Assembly (NCBI GenBank): GCA_963665295.1 | Contig: OY762209.1 | Span: forward strand, 576,001 to 640,000 | Origin: Syntrophorhabdaceae bacterium | Lineage (GTDB): Bacteria > Desulfobacterota > Syntrophorhabdia > Syntrophorhabdales > Syntrophorhabdaceae | Reading direction: 5' to 3' | Length of the DNA stretch: 64,000 nucleotides | In this document: positions 40,982 through 50,242 of the stretch, in pieces | Numbering within the stretch: position 1 is the stretch's first letter | How the letters are laid out: every line of letters starts with the position of its first letter | The notes under the pieces: model-generated | What the model was told of the DNA's origin: nothing | The model's input: only the letters and a program-made list of their open reading frames with translations | Databases searched by the model: none | Translations under genes and position numbers: made by a program

Positions 40982-41641
40982 CACTACCAGAGGGAATGCA
41001 GGTCCGTTCTTGGTTTCCGGTCTGAATAGGCCTGTCTATGGAAGTATCTGAATTGAAGCATGGAACAGTGCAATGTTTGCCCCCGGCGACCTTTGTTCTT
41101 CTTAATGAAATCAATTGGAGCCGGGCGGAATGGATGGAAGATACCGGGAGGCACTACCAGAGGGAATGCAGGTCCGTTCTTGGTTTCCGGTCTGAATAGG
41201 CCTGTCTATGGAAGTATCTGAATTGAAGCATGGAACAGTGCAATGTTTGCCCCCGGCGACCTTTGTTCTTCTTAATGAAATCAATTGGAGCCGGGCGGAA
41301 TGGATGGAAGATACCGGGAGGCACTACCAGAGGGAATGCAGGTCCGTTCTTGGTTTCCGGTCTGAATAGGCCTGTCTATGGAAGTATCTGAATTGAAGCA
41401 TGGAACAGTGCAATGTTTGCCCCCGGCGACCTTTGTTCTTCTTAATGAAATCAATTGGAGCCGGGCGGAATGGATGGAAGATACCGGGAGGCACTACCAG
41501 AGGGAATGCAGGTCCGTTCTTGGTTTCCGGTCTGAATAGGCCTGTCTATGGAAGTATCTGAATTGAAGCATGGAACAGTGCAATGTTTGCCCCCGGCGAC
41601 CTTTGTTCTTCTTAATGAAATCAATTGGAGCCGGGCGGAAT
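40982..41641. repeat. Perfect tandem repeat, 170-bp unit, ~3.9 copies
   Basis: CACTACCAGAGGG... starts at 40982, 41152, 41322 and 41492; copies identical by eye; the last copy lacks 20 bp. Confidence 0.97.
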
Positions 41642-41779
41642 AGGCGGCCGCACGGGACGGACACTTCAGATAGGTCAGGCTGTGAAGGGAGGCTGGGCGT
41701 CGTCGTACTCAAGTACGACAGAGCACGCCTCCCTTTGCAGAGTGGCCTATATGGAGCGTTCGTTCTGTGCGGCCGCCTA
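41641..41779 (+). other. Long structured hairpin element, copy B
   Basis: TAGGCGGCCGCAC/GTGCGGCCGCCTA closing stem and nested stems; colinear with 22082-22219. Confidence 0.7.
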
Positions 41780-41980
41780 AGGACTTGCATTACGGAAGCA
41801 ACCTGCCCCATTTTAGCCCCCAACCCGCATTGCAGTTCCCCCTGCCGGGGACGGGCAAAAGACCACAACAAAACCCTTGATAATCTTGACGTTCTGAAGT
41901 AACTTTTCAAGGAGGTGTCACGTGCCGGGAGGTGCGCCGACACAATTATCTTAGCCGAAAGCGCACGCAGGGGGTTATCG

Positions 41981-43690
41981 ATGTTATTCTCCAAGATGTT
42001 TATTCCTACAATGAAAGAAGTCCCGAAAGAGGCCGAGGTAGTGAGCCACAAACTCATGCTCCGGGCCGGTTTCATCCGGCGCCTCGCATCGGGCATCTAC
42101 ACATGGCTGCCCCTGGGGCTCAGGTCCTTGCGAAAGGTCGAGAAGATCATACGGGAAGAGATGGACAAAAAGGGCGCCCAGGAGATCCTCATGCCCCTGG
42201 TCCAGCCCAAGGAACTCTGGGTCGAAAGCACGCGTTGGGAAAAGTACGGAAAGGAACTTCTCAGGTTCGTGGACAGGAACAACCGGGACATCTGCCTTGC
42301 CCCGACCCACGAAGAGGTCGTCACCGACCTCGTGAGACGGGAGGTGCGTTCATACAAGGAGCTTCCCTTGATCCTCTACCAGATACAGACAAAATTCCGG
42401 GATGAAATAAGGCCGCGCTTCGGCGTCATGCGGGGCAGGGAATTCACCATGAAGGACGCCTACAGCTTCGATATGGACGAGTCAGGGGCCGAGGCGAGCT
42501 ATCTCAACATGTACGACGCGTACATGAACATCTTCAAGCGCTGCGGCTTCAGCTTCAGGGCAGTGGAAGCCGACACGGGCCAGATCGGAGGGAGCTTCTC
42601 CCACGAATTCATGGTCCTCGCCGATACGGGAGAGGACATCATCATCTCCTGCAGCAACTGCGGCTATGCGGCAAACCTCGAAAGGGCCGAGATAGGGTTC
42701 GTGGAGCGTGAAACCTCACGGAAAAAAGGCGCCTTCAAGAGGGTCGAAACCCCCGGGAAGAAGAAGATCGACGACGTGGCGCAATTCCTCGGCGTTGCCC
42801 CGGACAAACTCGTGAAGACCCTCATCTACAATACGGACCAGGGCGTCCTGGGAGTGCTCGTCAAGGGCGACAGGGAGGTAAACGAGACGAAGCTCAGAAA
42901 CCTCATGGGTCTCGAATACATGGAACTGGCGGATGAAGAGACCATAGAGAAGGTCACGGGCGGTCCCCTCGGCTTCTCCGGGCCCATCGGCCTCAAGATC
43001 CCCCTCGTAGCGGATATGGACATCCTCTTCATGGAAGACTTCGTGGCAGGCGGAAACGAGAGGGACGTGCACGTAGTGGAGGTGAACGTGGAAGACTTCG
43101 CCGTGAAGGGCTTTTACGACCTCAAGACCGCCCAGCCGGGTGACCTCTGCCCGCGGTGCCGCGATAAGCACACTGCCACAAAGGGCATCGAGGTGGGCCA
43201 CATATTCAAACTGGGCCTCAAATACAGCAAGGCCATGAACGCCACCTTCCTCGACAACGGCGGGAAAGAACAATACATGGTAATGGGCTGTTACGGCATC
43301 GGCGTAAGCAGGACCGTGGCCGCGGCAATCGAGCAGGGACATGACGAGAACGGCATGGTCCTCCCCATCGCCATCGCCCCCTTCGAGGTAGACGTCCTGC
43401 CCGTGAACACATCCCATGCCGAGAGCATGGAACTGGCGAACCAGGTGTACAAAGCGCTCCTTGACAAGGGGATCGATGTGATCCTCGACGACAGGGACGA
43501 GAGGACGGGGGTCAAATTCAAGGACTGCGACCTCATAGGCATACCTGTCCGCGTCACCATAGGGGAACGGAACTTGAAGGACGGTTACGTGGAGATAAAA
43601 CTCCGGCGTGAAAAAGAGTCGGAGAGGGTAAAGAAGGAAGACGTAATAGAAAGGATTATTGCCCATGTTGAAGAGCTTAAACGCGTGTGA
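41981..43690 (+). CDS. proS: Proline--tRNA ligase
   Basis: SHKLMLRAG, PTHEE, KFRDEIRPRFG, GIEVGHIFKLG, MGCYGIG. Confidence 0.98.
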   Translation: MLFSKMFIPTMKEVPKEAEVVSHKLMLRAGFIRRLASGIYTWLPLGLRSLRKVEKIIREEMDKKGAQEILMPLVQPKELWVESTRWEKYGKELLRFVDRNNRDICLAPTHEEVVTDLVRREVRSYKELPLILYQIQTKFRDEIRPRFGVMRGREFTMKDAYSFDMDESGAEASYLNMYDAYMNIFKRCGFSFRAVEADTGQIGGSFSHEFMVLADTGEDIIISCSNCGYAANLERAEIGFVERETSRKKGAFKRVETPGKKKIDDVAQFLGVAPDKLVKTLIYNTDQGVLGVLVKGDREVNETKLRNLMGLEYMELADEETIEKVTGGPLGFSGPIGLKIPLVADMDILFMEDFVAGGNERDVHVVEVNVEDFAVKGFYDLKTAQPGDLCPRCRDKHTATKGIEVGHIFKLGLKYSKAMNATFLDNGGKEQYMVMGCYGIGVSRTVAAAIEQGHDENGMVLPIAIAPFEVDVLPVNTSHAESMELANQVYKALLDKGIDVILDDRDERTGVKFKDCDLIGIPVRVTIGERNLKDGYVEIKLRREKESERVKKEDVIERIIAHVEELKRV

Positions 43691-44867
43691 CCTCACCCCG
43701 GCGGAGGAGATAAAAGGCAGGATAGACCGGCTCAAGGGCAGAATGGCAAAAGAGGGTATCTCTTTTGCGGTCATCCTCCAGAACGTGGACCTCTTTTATT
43801 TCACCGGCACCCTGCAAAAAGGGGTGCTTGTCGTGGCCCTCGACGAAGATCCCCTCTTTTTCGTGGAAAAGAGCATGGTAAGGGCCCGCATCGAAACACC
43901 CCTCGACATTATCCCCATCAAAAAGGACAAGGACGTAAAGGAGGTCCTCGCGGCAAAAGGGCTCCTTAAGGGAGCATGCGGCATGGAGTTCGACGTCTTG
44001 CCCGTTCAAGTCTACGAGCGGTGGAAAAATATTCTCGGTCACGACACGTTCAAGGACCTTTCGTCCCTGGTCCGGGACGTACGCCTCGTCAAGAGCCCCT
44101 TTGAGATCGACCAGTTGCGAAAGTCAGGCGAAATCATCTCGAAGGTCTTCACCAAGGCCCGGGAGGTGGTGAGAGAGAACGCCCGGGAAGTTGACATAGC
44201 GGCGGTTCTCGAAGCGGAAGGGAAGATATACGGCCACCAGGGTTTCTTGAGGATGCGCGGACTCAACCAGGAGATGATGAACTGTTATGTGACCCACGGC
44301 CCGTCCGCAACCTTCCCTTCAGGAGCGGATGTCCCCATATCGGGAGTAGGTGTGACCCACGCTATCGGACAGGGGCCTTCCATCAACAGGGTCGTCAAGG
44401 GTGTTCCCCTCCTCATCGATTACGGTGGAGGATATAACGGCTATATCACGGACGAAACGCGGGTTTTCGTGGTGGGAGACCTTAAGGAAACCTTTAAGAC
44501 CGCCTACGCAACAGCGCGGGAGATCATAGAGGACGCCACTGTCTTCGGAAAGGAAGGAGTGGATGCCACGGAGCTATTCAACCGGGCGGCCCGGGTGGTG
44601 GAAAAAGAGAAGCTGTCGGACTATTTCATGGGACACGGCGAAGGAAAGGTGGCTTTCATAGGGCACGGCCTCGGCCTCGAGATCAACGAACTTCCCGTGA
44701 TCACCCCCAGGCACCATATCACCCTGGAAGAGGGCATGGTCTTTGCCTTTGAGCCCAAATTCATCTTCCCCGGTGAAGGCGCGGTGGGGATCGAGGTGGA
44801 CTATGTGGTGAGGAAAGACCGCCTGGAGCGGATAAACGATTTTCCTATCGACATAGTGTGGCTCTGA
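43665..44867 (+). CDS. Xaa-Pro peptidase family (M24) protein
   Basis: DY...YITDETR, GHGLGLEINE.P, FEPK, GIE. Confidence 0.9.
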   Translation: MLKSLNACDLTPAEEIKGRIDRLKGRMAKEGISFAVILQNVDLFYFTGTLQKGVLVVALDEDPLFFVEKSMVRARIETPLDIIPIKKDKDVKEVLAAKGLLKGACGMEFDVLPVQVYERWKNILGHDTFKDLSSLVRDVRLVKSPFEIDQLRKSGEIISKVFTKAREVVRENAREVDIAAVLEAEGKIYGHQGFLRMRGLNQEMMNCYVTHGPSATFPSGADVPISGVGVTHAIGQGPSINRVVKGVPLLIDYGGGYNGYITDETRVFVVGDLKETFKTAYATAREIIEDATVFGKEGVDATELFNRAARVVEKEKLSDYFMGHGEGKVAFIGHGLGLEINELPVITPRHHITLEEGMVFAFEPKFIFPGEGAVGIEVDYVVRKDRLERINDFPIDIVWL

Positions 44868-45023
44868 AGAGGCCCGCAAAGTACCCGAAGTGTGACAAAT
44901 GTCACAGTATTCAGTGGTGAAAAGGATCATATCTGAGCATAGAACAAACCTGTATTTTTCGAAGCGCTGAAGCGGCGAGCCGCCGCGCGCGCTCAGGATA
45001 CCGAAAAAAGGAGGACACTCAAG

Positions 45024-46238
45024 ATGACCGGGAAAACAAAGAACAGATTGTCGGGGTTGATGTTGTGGTTATTGGCGGTCTCATGCGCTGCATTCATATC
45101 AGTTTCCGGCCATGGGTCGGTCTACGCATGGGAATGCACGGGAACCCCGTCTCAATGCGCGGATTACCTCGAAGCGGTGACAAGCGCCCAGGGGGACCTG
45201 ACTCCGGATAAGGTATACACGAATCTCACCCCCGTTACGACTACCAATCCGAACCTTATATGGAAGGACGGCGTGCCGGGATCGAGACTGCTCGTGGCGG
45301 CGTACAAGTACGGCACGGATGCGAATCCTCCCTTCTTCGCATGTCAGCCCGGCGTGCCCTTCCCCAAAGACTGCGCCGTATTGGGAAGCCCGTGGGTAAC
45401 CATGGTCCCGGAACTCCTCAATTTCTTCCAAAAAAATACCTATTCCACCCTCAGGATCGAACAACTCCTCGGGTTGCCGCCAAACTACGGCAATGACTGG
45501 ATCGTCGAATACTGGGCCAATCCCGCGGACCTTTTCCGTCCCGGCATGGACCCACAGACCTCGTACCGGGAGGGGACAGTCCAGTTCCCGTGGAATTCAA
45601 ACGCCTTTCTGACCATGAACTCAGGCGACAACGCCAAGGTGTGGGACGACTACTGCACCATTTCCACGGACCCCTCGTGCACCTGCGTCGCAGGCGCCCA
45701 GTACACGGACTACCAGTGCTGGTTTCAGAACAGGAGGACGTGGGTATACTCCTATGATCTCTCCGGAGCGCCCTATCCCTGGACAGGACTGGGGTATACC
45801 TATGACTGGGGGAACTCGAAGACGGTGGTGGGTCTGAGCGAATTCGTACTTAACAAAGCCCCGGACCACGATCCGTTTATCGTCACCATCCAGTCCGTAA
45901 CCAAGGCAAGTGAGTATCTTGCACGAAACCAGAAGGTCACCCTTACCGTTAACAAGAGCGGTCTCGGCAAGGGTTCCGTAAAAAGTACCCCTTCAGGCAT
46001 CAGTTGCAGCAAGAATTGCACGAGCACATCGAAGAAGTTCAACAAGTATGCCGATGTGACCCTCACCGCCAAAGCCGAGAAGGGCTCGATCTTTACCGGA
46101 TGGGGCGAGGCATGTTCGGGTATCGCCTTGACGTGCACCATACCGCTCACATCCGACCTCACCGTTACGGCCGGCTTCGCCGCAGACACGGACGCCGCCA
46201 AGACAGGGGAAGCGCCGAAGACGGGAGAAGCGAAGTAG
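45024..46238 (+). CDS. Secreted protein: uncharacterised domain plus C-terminal InlB B-repeat
   Basis: Signal peptide; RIEQLLGLPP...LFRP...YPWTGLGYTYDWG...GLSEFV; C-terminal GKGSVKSTPSGISC...FTGWGEAC. Confidence 0.75.
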   Translation: MTGKTKNRLSGLMLWLLAVSCAAFISVSGHGSVYAWECTGTPSQCADYLEAVTSAQGDLTPDKVYTNLTPVTTTNPNLIWKDGVPGSRLLVAAYKYGTDANPPFFACQPGVPFPKDCAVLGSPWVTMVPELLNFFQKNTYSTLRIEQLLGLPPNYGNDWIVEYWANPADLFRPGMDPQTSYREGTVQFPWNSNAFLTMNSGDNAKVWDDYCTISTDPSCTCVAGAQYTDYQCWFQNRRTWVYSYDLSGAPYPWTGLGYTYDWGNSKTVVGLSEFVLNKAPDHDPFIVTIQSVTKASEYLARNQKVTLTVNKSGLGKGSVKSTPSGISCSKNCTSTSKKFNKYADVTLTAKAEKGSIFTGWGEACSGIALTCTIPLTSDLTVTAGFAADTDAAKTGEAPKTGEAK

Positions 46239-46240
46239 CG

Positions 46241-46762
46241 ATGCTCTACTCCTTTGACGGAAAATCGCCCCGGATCGGCGACGACACCTACGTAAGCGAG
46301 CACGCCCTCGTTATAGGGGATGTGATCATCGGGGACAAGTGCTACATCGGTCACGGCGCCATACTCCGCGGGGACTATGGCGCGATAACCATCGGCCCGG
46401 GCACCGCGGTGGAGGAAGGGGTGATCATCCATGCGCCACCGAATGACCTCTGCCGCATAGAAGAGAGGGTCACCATGGGCCACGGCGCAATCATCCACGC
46501 GGCCCTCGTGGGGAGCCGCTCGGTAATAGGGATGGGCGCGGTCCTCAGCATCCGCTCGGAAGTGGGCGAAAACACGATCGTTGCCGAAGGCGCGGTGGTG
46601 CGCATGAACCAAGTCATCCCCTCCGATGTGGTAACGGGAGGAAACCCCGCGAAGACAATCCGGAACATGACCCCCAAAGATGTGGAATACTGGGCCATGG
46701 CAAAAGAGCTTTACATCAACCTTGCGAAGAAGTATTGCGTCGAGGGGATGCATCCCCTCTGA
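46241..46762 (+). CDS. Gamma carbonic anhydrase / PaaY-CaiE family protein
   Basis: Hexapeptide repeats; VIGDV, LRGDYGAI, GHGAIIH. Confidence 0.9.
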   Translation: MLYSFDGKSPRIGDDTYVSEHALVIGDVIIGDKCYIGHGAILRGDYGAITIGPGTAVEEGVIIHAPPNDLCRIEERVTMGHGAIIHAALVGSRSVIGMGAVLSIRSEVGENTIVAEGAVVRMNQVIPSDVVTGGNPAKTIRNMTPKDVEYWAMAKELYINLAKKYCVEGMHPL

Positions 46763-46827
46763 GAGATGATGTTTCGGCCCCGGCCTTCCCGGCCGCGGGC
46801 TCGCGGGCCGCGACGTGTGGGTTCGCC

Positions 46828-47235
46828 CTACCTGCCGTGCTCTCCCTTCTTCTCCGACCTGAAGCGGGCAAGCTCGTCCGCAAGCCACCGGGCCGTAGGT
46901 ATTTCCGGGCCGTTGTTGCACTGGACCAGATAGGTCTTGCCGGAGATCTCGCTTTTCGTGGCCGCCAACTTGATGAAGTCTTCCGTTGATTTTATCCGCC
47001 CCTTTTTCATGAAGTAATCGTACTTCAATTTCACGTGGTCCAAGGGACCTTTCACGTCTTCGTACCATGAACCGTTTCGATAGAAGCGGCAGCCGGACTT
47101 TTCGATATAACCGAGAAGGTGGGCAATTTCCGACCGGCTCTCGGGAGACATCTCCTGGGGAATTCCCGGCAAAGGGACGGTGAGAAACACGATCAAAAGG
47201 AGGATGGCGGGAATTGCTCTCAGGGTATGTCTCAT
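46828..47235 (-). CDS. DUF5329 family protein
   Basis: EIAHLLGYIEKSGCRFYRNG...KYDY...STEDFI...ATKSEISG. Confidence 0.85.
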   Translation of the reverse strand: MRHTLRAIPAILLLIVFLTVPLPGIPQEMSPESRSEIAHLLGYIEKSGCRFYRNGSWYEDVKGPLDHVKLKYDYFMKKGRIKSTEDFIKLAATKSEISGKTYLVQCNNGPEIPTARWLADELARFRSEKKGEHGR

Positions 47236-47409
47236 TTGCGGGCTTGTCCTTGTCCCGCCCATCAGGGCGGCACGGAATGATTATAAACCGGCGCGCCCCT
47301 TTATTTCAAGGCCCTCTTCCACCCAGGGGCTAATGCCCGGCATTGCCCCGTGACAGTCACCGAAAACGGGGACCGGCACGGCCCTCGTTTTCGGTCGGTT
47401 AAGACAGCC

Positions 47410-48315
47410 TTACTTTTTCGCGTTGGGCACCATTACTACCATGCTGGTGCTTGCCTCGAACCATTCGCCTGTTGTCTTGAGCTGGGCCATCACGGTAAGT
47501 GTCGCTGTATAAGTGGCCTTCTGCTTGCCTGGGGCAGGCAAAATACTCGTAAACTCGCCTGCCAGGGACTGGGGGTTGGTGGGATTGCTCTTGTCATAGC
47601 GCAGGAACTTCACGTTGAGGGAGCTTCCGTCCGCGCTCGAAGGCGAACCCGGAGCCCTGAAGATCGCCACGGTCTGATCGATGGGGGAACCGCCCGTAAC
47701 CGGTACCTGTATCCTTACGATCTTTACCGAATCAGGATCGATATCCTTTTCGGAGTAGCCGTCAGGGAGCCTGACCTTGCAGCTCGCCCAATTTCCCTTG
47801 CTGTCGAGGTTGAGCGTTTTCGGCTCGAAGCCGACGAGCATGGTGTCGTTTATTTCGTGTCCACCCAGGATATACTGGGCGCCGCTTGCGGCTTCAAAGA
47901 GGACATAGAGTTTCCCTCCGTCGCCGTAGGCGATATGCGTATATGTACCGACTATGCCGGTGGGGATTTTCGGTTGCGCGGCAAGAACGGTCAAGCCCGA
48001 TATCTCGTTCCACGCGGCGACTGCTGTATCCGTGACTGCAAACAGGGTCCCCTTGGGCCCCACTGCGAAGTCACGGACTATGGTGTCCGGACCCGCAACG
48101 GCCGCCGTACCCGCTATGGCGGCTAAGGGGGTGATGATGGCAACGGCGCCCGCTTCGCTGATCCCGTACAAGACGTCGTCGGCTGCAACCTCGATCACCT
48201 TTGGCGCGGCGAGAGGGAGTGGGTCATCCCACGTTACATCCTGGGCGAAGGCGCCGGCGAGGCCCCACCCGAAAATCATACTCAATGCGATTATTGCCAT
48301 GATTGTTTTCTTCAC
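47410..48315 (-). CDS. Secreted hypothetical protein
   Basis: AAGGAGG RBS plus GTG at 48315; signal peptide; EPKTLNLDSKGNW module. Confidence 0.7.
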   Translation of the reverse strand: MKKTIMAIIALSMIFGWGLAGAFAQDVTWDDPLPLAAPKVIEVAADDVLYGISEAGAVAIITPLAAIAGTAAVAGPDTIVRDFAVGPKGTLFAVTDTAVAAWNEISGLTVLAAQPKIPTGIVGTYTHIAYGDGGKLYVLFEAASGAQYILGGHEINDTMLVGFEPKTLNLDSKGNWASCKVRLPDGYSEKDIDPDSVKIVRIQVPVTGGSPIDQTVAIFRAPGSPSSADGSSLNVKFLRYDKSNPTNPQSLAGEFTSILPAPGKQKATYTATLTVMAQLKTTGEWFEASTSMVVMVPNAKK

Positions 48316-48767
48316 TTCGGTAACCTCCTTGTTCTTAAGACTCCTGTGTTGCAATCAGATTCTGTGGAGCCTTCACACCCCGTTCCGGTAACGGCCCGGC
48401 TCCTCTGTGTAAAATATGAATTAACTCGGCGGGTGCTGTTCTGCCTGAACCTCTAATCTTGAAATATGACCAATCATCCTGCCACGGCAGGAAGGCCGGT
48501 TGCCCCGACTGTTCCATCCGGTCCTGTCATTCACCTCCTTTCCCGAGGCAACGGTAATGCGAGTCCGGAAGGCCTTCCCCAGCACCCGAAGGTTCTTGTA
48601 TCACTATGGGACACCATTCTCCATGACCCACGTCACATTGCATATGCTCCCGCAACAGCCGAAAATCTGCGTAAAGCCCGGACCGGCCCGATTTTATGAT
48701 AATCCCACGCGCTTTTTTTCTAGTCATTTTTGTTGGAAATATTTGACTTCTTTTCGATCGATGCGGA

Positions 48768-49604
48768 TCAGGAAGCAGCCCGGTCCCGTGTCTCCCCGAA
48801 ATCGATGCCCATGTGGCGGCCCATGAGGGTAAACTGGCCCAGGGTCATTTCATACCCCGTCTGGACAGGGCAGCCACGGGCCAGCGCTGCCGTGAGCCAG
48901 GGCGTAATATCCGGATCGGTCACCACGTCGGCCACAAAGGTGCGGGCATCGAGACTGTGCGGGGGAAAAGGCATCCGGGGGTCGCCGTTCATGCCGAGGG
49001 GGGTGGCGTTTACCGCGAGGTCGACCCCGGCAAGGGTGTCGAGGCGGTGCGAGAGTTTGACGGAAGGGTATCGCACCGCGAGGAGGTCGAGAAGCCGGTT
49101 CCTCCTGCCGGGATCCGTCTCTATCACCGCGAGCTCCGCTGCTCCGGCCTGGGCTGCAGCATAGGCTATGGCGCCGCCCGCGCCGCCCGCGCCAAAGACC
49201 GCCACGCGCCGCTCTTTCACCTCGAAACCGTGGCGCCTGAGCGCCTCAAGGAAGCCCAGGCCGTCCACCATATCCCCTACGAGCCGCCCATCCCCCGTCC
49301 TCCTGATGACGTTGACCGCGCCCAAGTCCCGGGCCCGGTCGGAAAGTTCGTCCACGCAGCGCGCCGCTTCCTGTTTGTGCGGTATGGTGACCACGCAGCC
49401 GGGGCAATTCCGCCAGCCCCTGAGGAGGGAGAAGAAATGGCCCACCCTCTCCGGGCGAACGTCAATGGCGATCATCACCCGGTCCATGCGCTTTCCGTTA
49501 AAATAACGGTTGAAGGTGGTGGGTGATTTCACCTGTGTCGTCGGATGGCCGATCATGGGGTACACAAGGGTTGTCCCGGACGGGACCATGAAGTCGGTAG
49601 TCAT
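48768..49604 (-). CDS. Shikimate dehydrogenase-like protein
   Basis: GHP..QVKSP, VTIPHK, GAVN, GAGGAG, NATPLG. Confidence 0.88.
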   Translation of the reverse strand: MTTDFMVPSGTTLVYPMIGHPTTQVKSPTTFNRYFNGKRMDRVMIAIDVRPERVGHFFSLLRGWRNCPGCVVTIPHKQEAARCVDELSDRARDLGAVNVIRRTGDGRLVGDMVDGLGFLEALRRHGFEVKERRVAVFGAGGAGGAIAYAAAQAGAAELAVIETDPGRRNRLLDLLAVRYPSVKLSHRLDTLAGVDLAVNATPLGMNGDPRMPFPPHSLDARTFVADVVTDPDITPWLTAALARGCPVQTGYEMTLGQFTLMGRHMGIDFGETRDRAAS

Positions 49605-49649
49605 ACTTTGTTCTTCCTTTTTGATACGGCAACGGTCGTCAGACGACGA

Positions 49650-50060
49650 TCAGGGGTTGCCGGGCACCCATACCTTGTGGGACGGGACCCATCTGCCGTT
49701 TATGGATTGGCCGGGCACCTCGACCCATTGCCCTGATTTGGACCCTCCGTCACTTCCGGAAGAGGGTTTCGAGCCCTGACGGGACGTGAGTGCCGGGTCG
49801 GGATAAGCATAGGCCTGATTCGGAAAATAGACAGGTGGAGGAGGAGGATAGACATAGACGGGCCGTGGATAAACGTACACGGGTGGCGGCGGCGCGTAAT
49901 ACCAGGGCCGGGCGATGACCGCGCCGAGAACGACGCCCCCCGCGAAGACCCCGGGTCCATACCAGCCCCACCCCCCATACCATCTCCCGTGGCCCGTGGC
50001 AGGAAGGGCCAGGGATATGCCCAGAAGGGCGGTAACGATGATCAGGGAATTCCTTCTCAT
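49650..50060 (-). CDS. Pro/Tyr-rich exported hypothetical protein
   Basis: Signal peptide, YYAPPPPVY repeats, WVPSHKVWVP; AGGAG RBS. Confidence 0.7.
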   Translation of the reverse strand: MRRNSLIIVTALLGISLALPATGHGRWYGGWGWYGPGVFAGGVVLGAVIARPWYYAPPPPVYVYPRPVYVYPPPPPVYFPNQAYAYPDPALTSRQGSKPSSGSDGGSKSGQWVEVPGQSINGRWVPSHKVWVPGNP

Positions 50061-50176
50061 AGATGTCTCCTTTTCCCGAAAATACCTATAAGAAGATATG
50101 ATGTTTTACAGGAGAATTGCAAGTACCCGCGGCGGGTATCCGTATCCGACATGGACTGCGGCAGGCGCGCTACGCG

Positions 50177-50211
50177 GCCCTCAAGGCAAGGGCTCTCGCT
50201 GCCTTGAGGGC
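50177..50211. terminator. Hairpin downstream of the sigma factor gene
   Basis: GCCCTCAAGGCA/TGCCTTGAGGGC 12-bp stem. Confidence 0.5.
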
Positions 50212-50242
50212 AAAATCAGCGGTTAAATCACTTCTATCCGGT

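Noticed and set aside
40982..41641. CRISPR array
   Set aside because: Units are 170 bp and identical, with no unique spacers and no cas genes
41780..41980. T-box leader before proS
   Set aside because: No GGTGGNACCGCG T-box motif or terminator was seen
48470..48510. c-di-GMP-I riboswitch (GCCGGTTGCC-like 3' end)
   Set aside because: Upstream GGCAAA/GAAA/CGCAAAG elements are absent, and the orientation does not fit the adjacent gene
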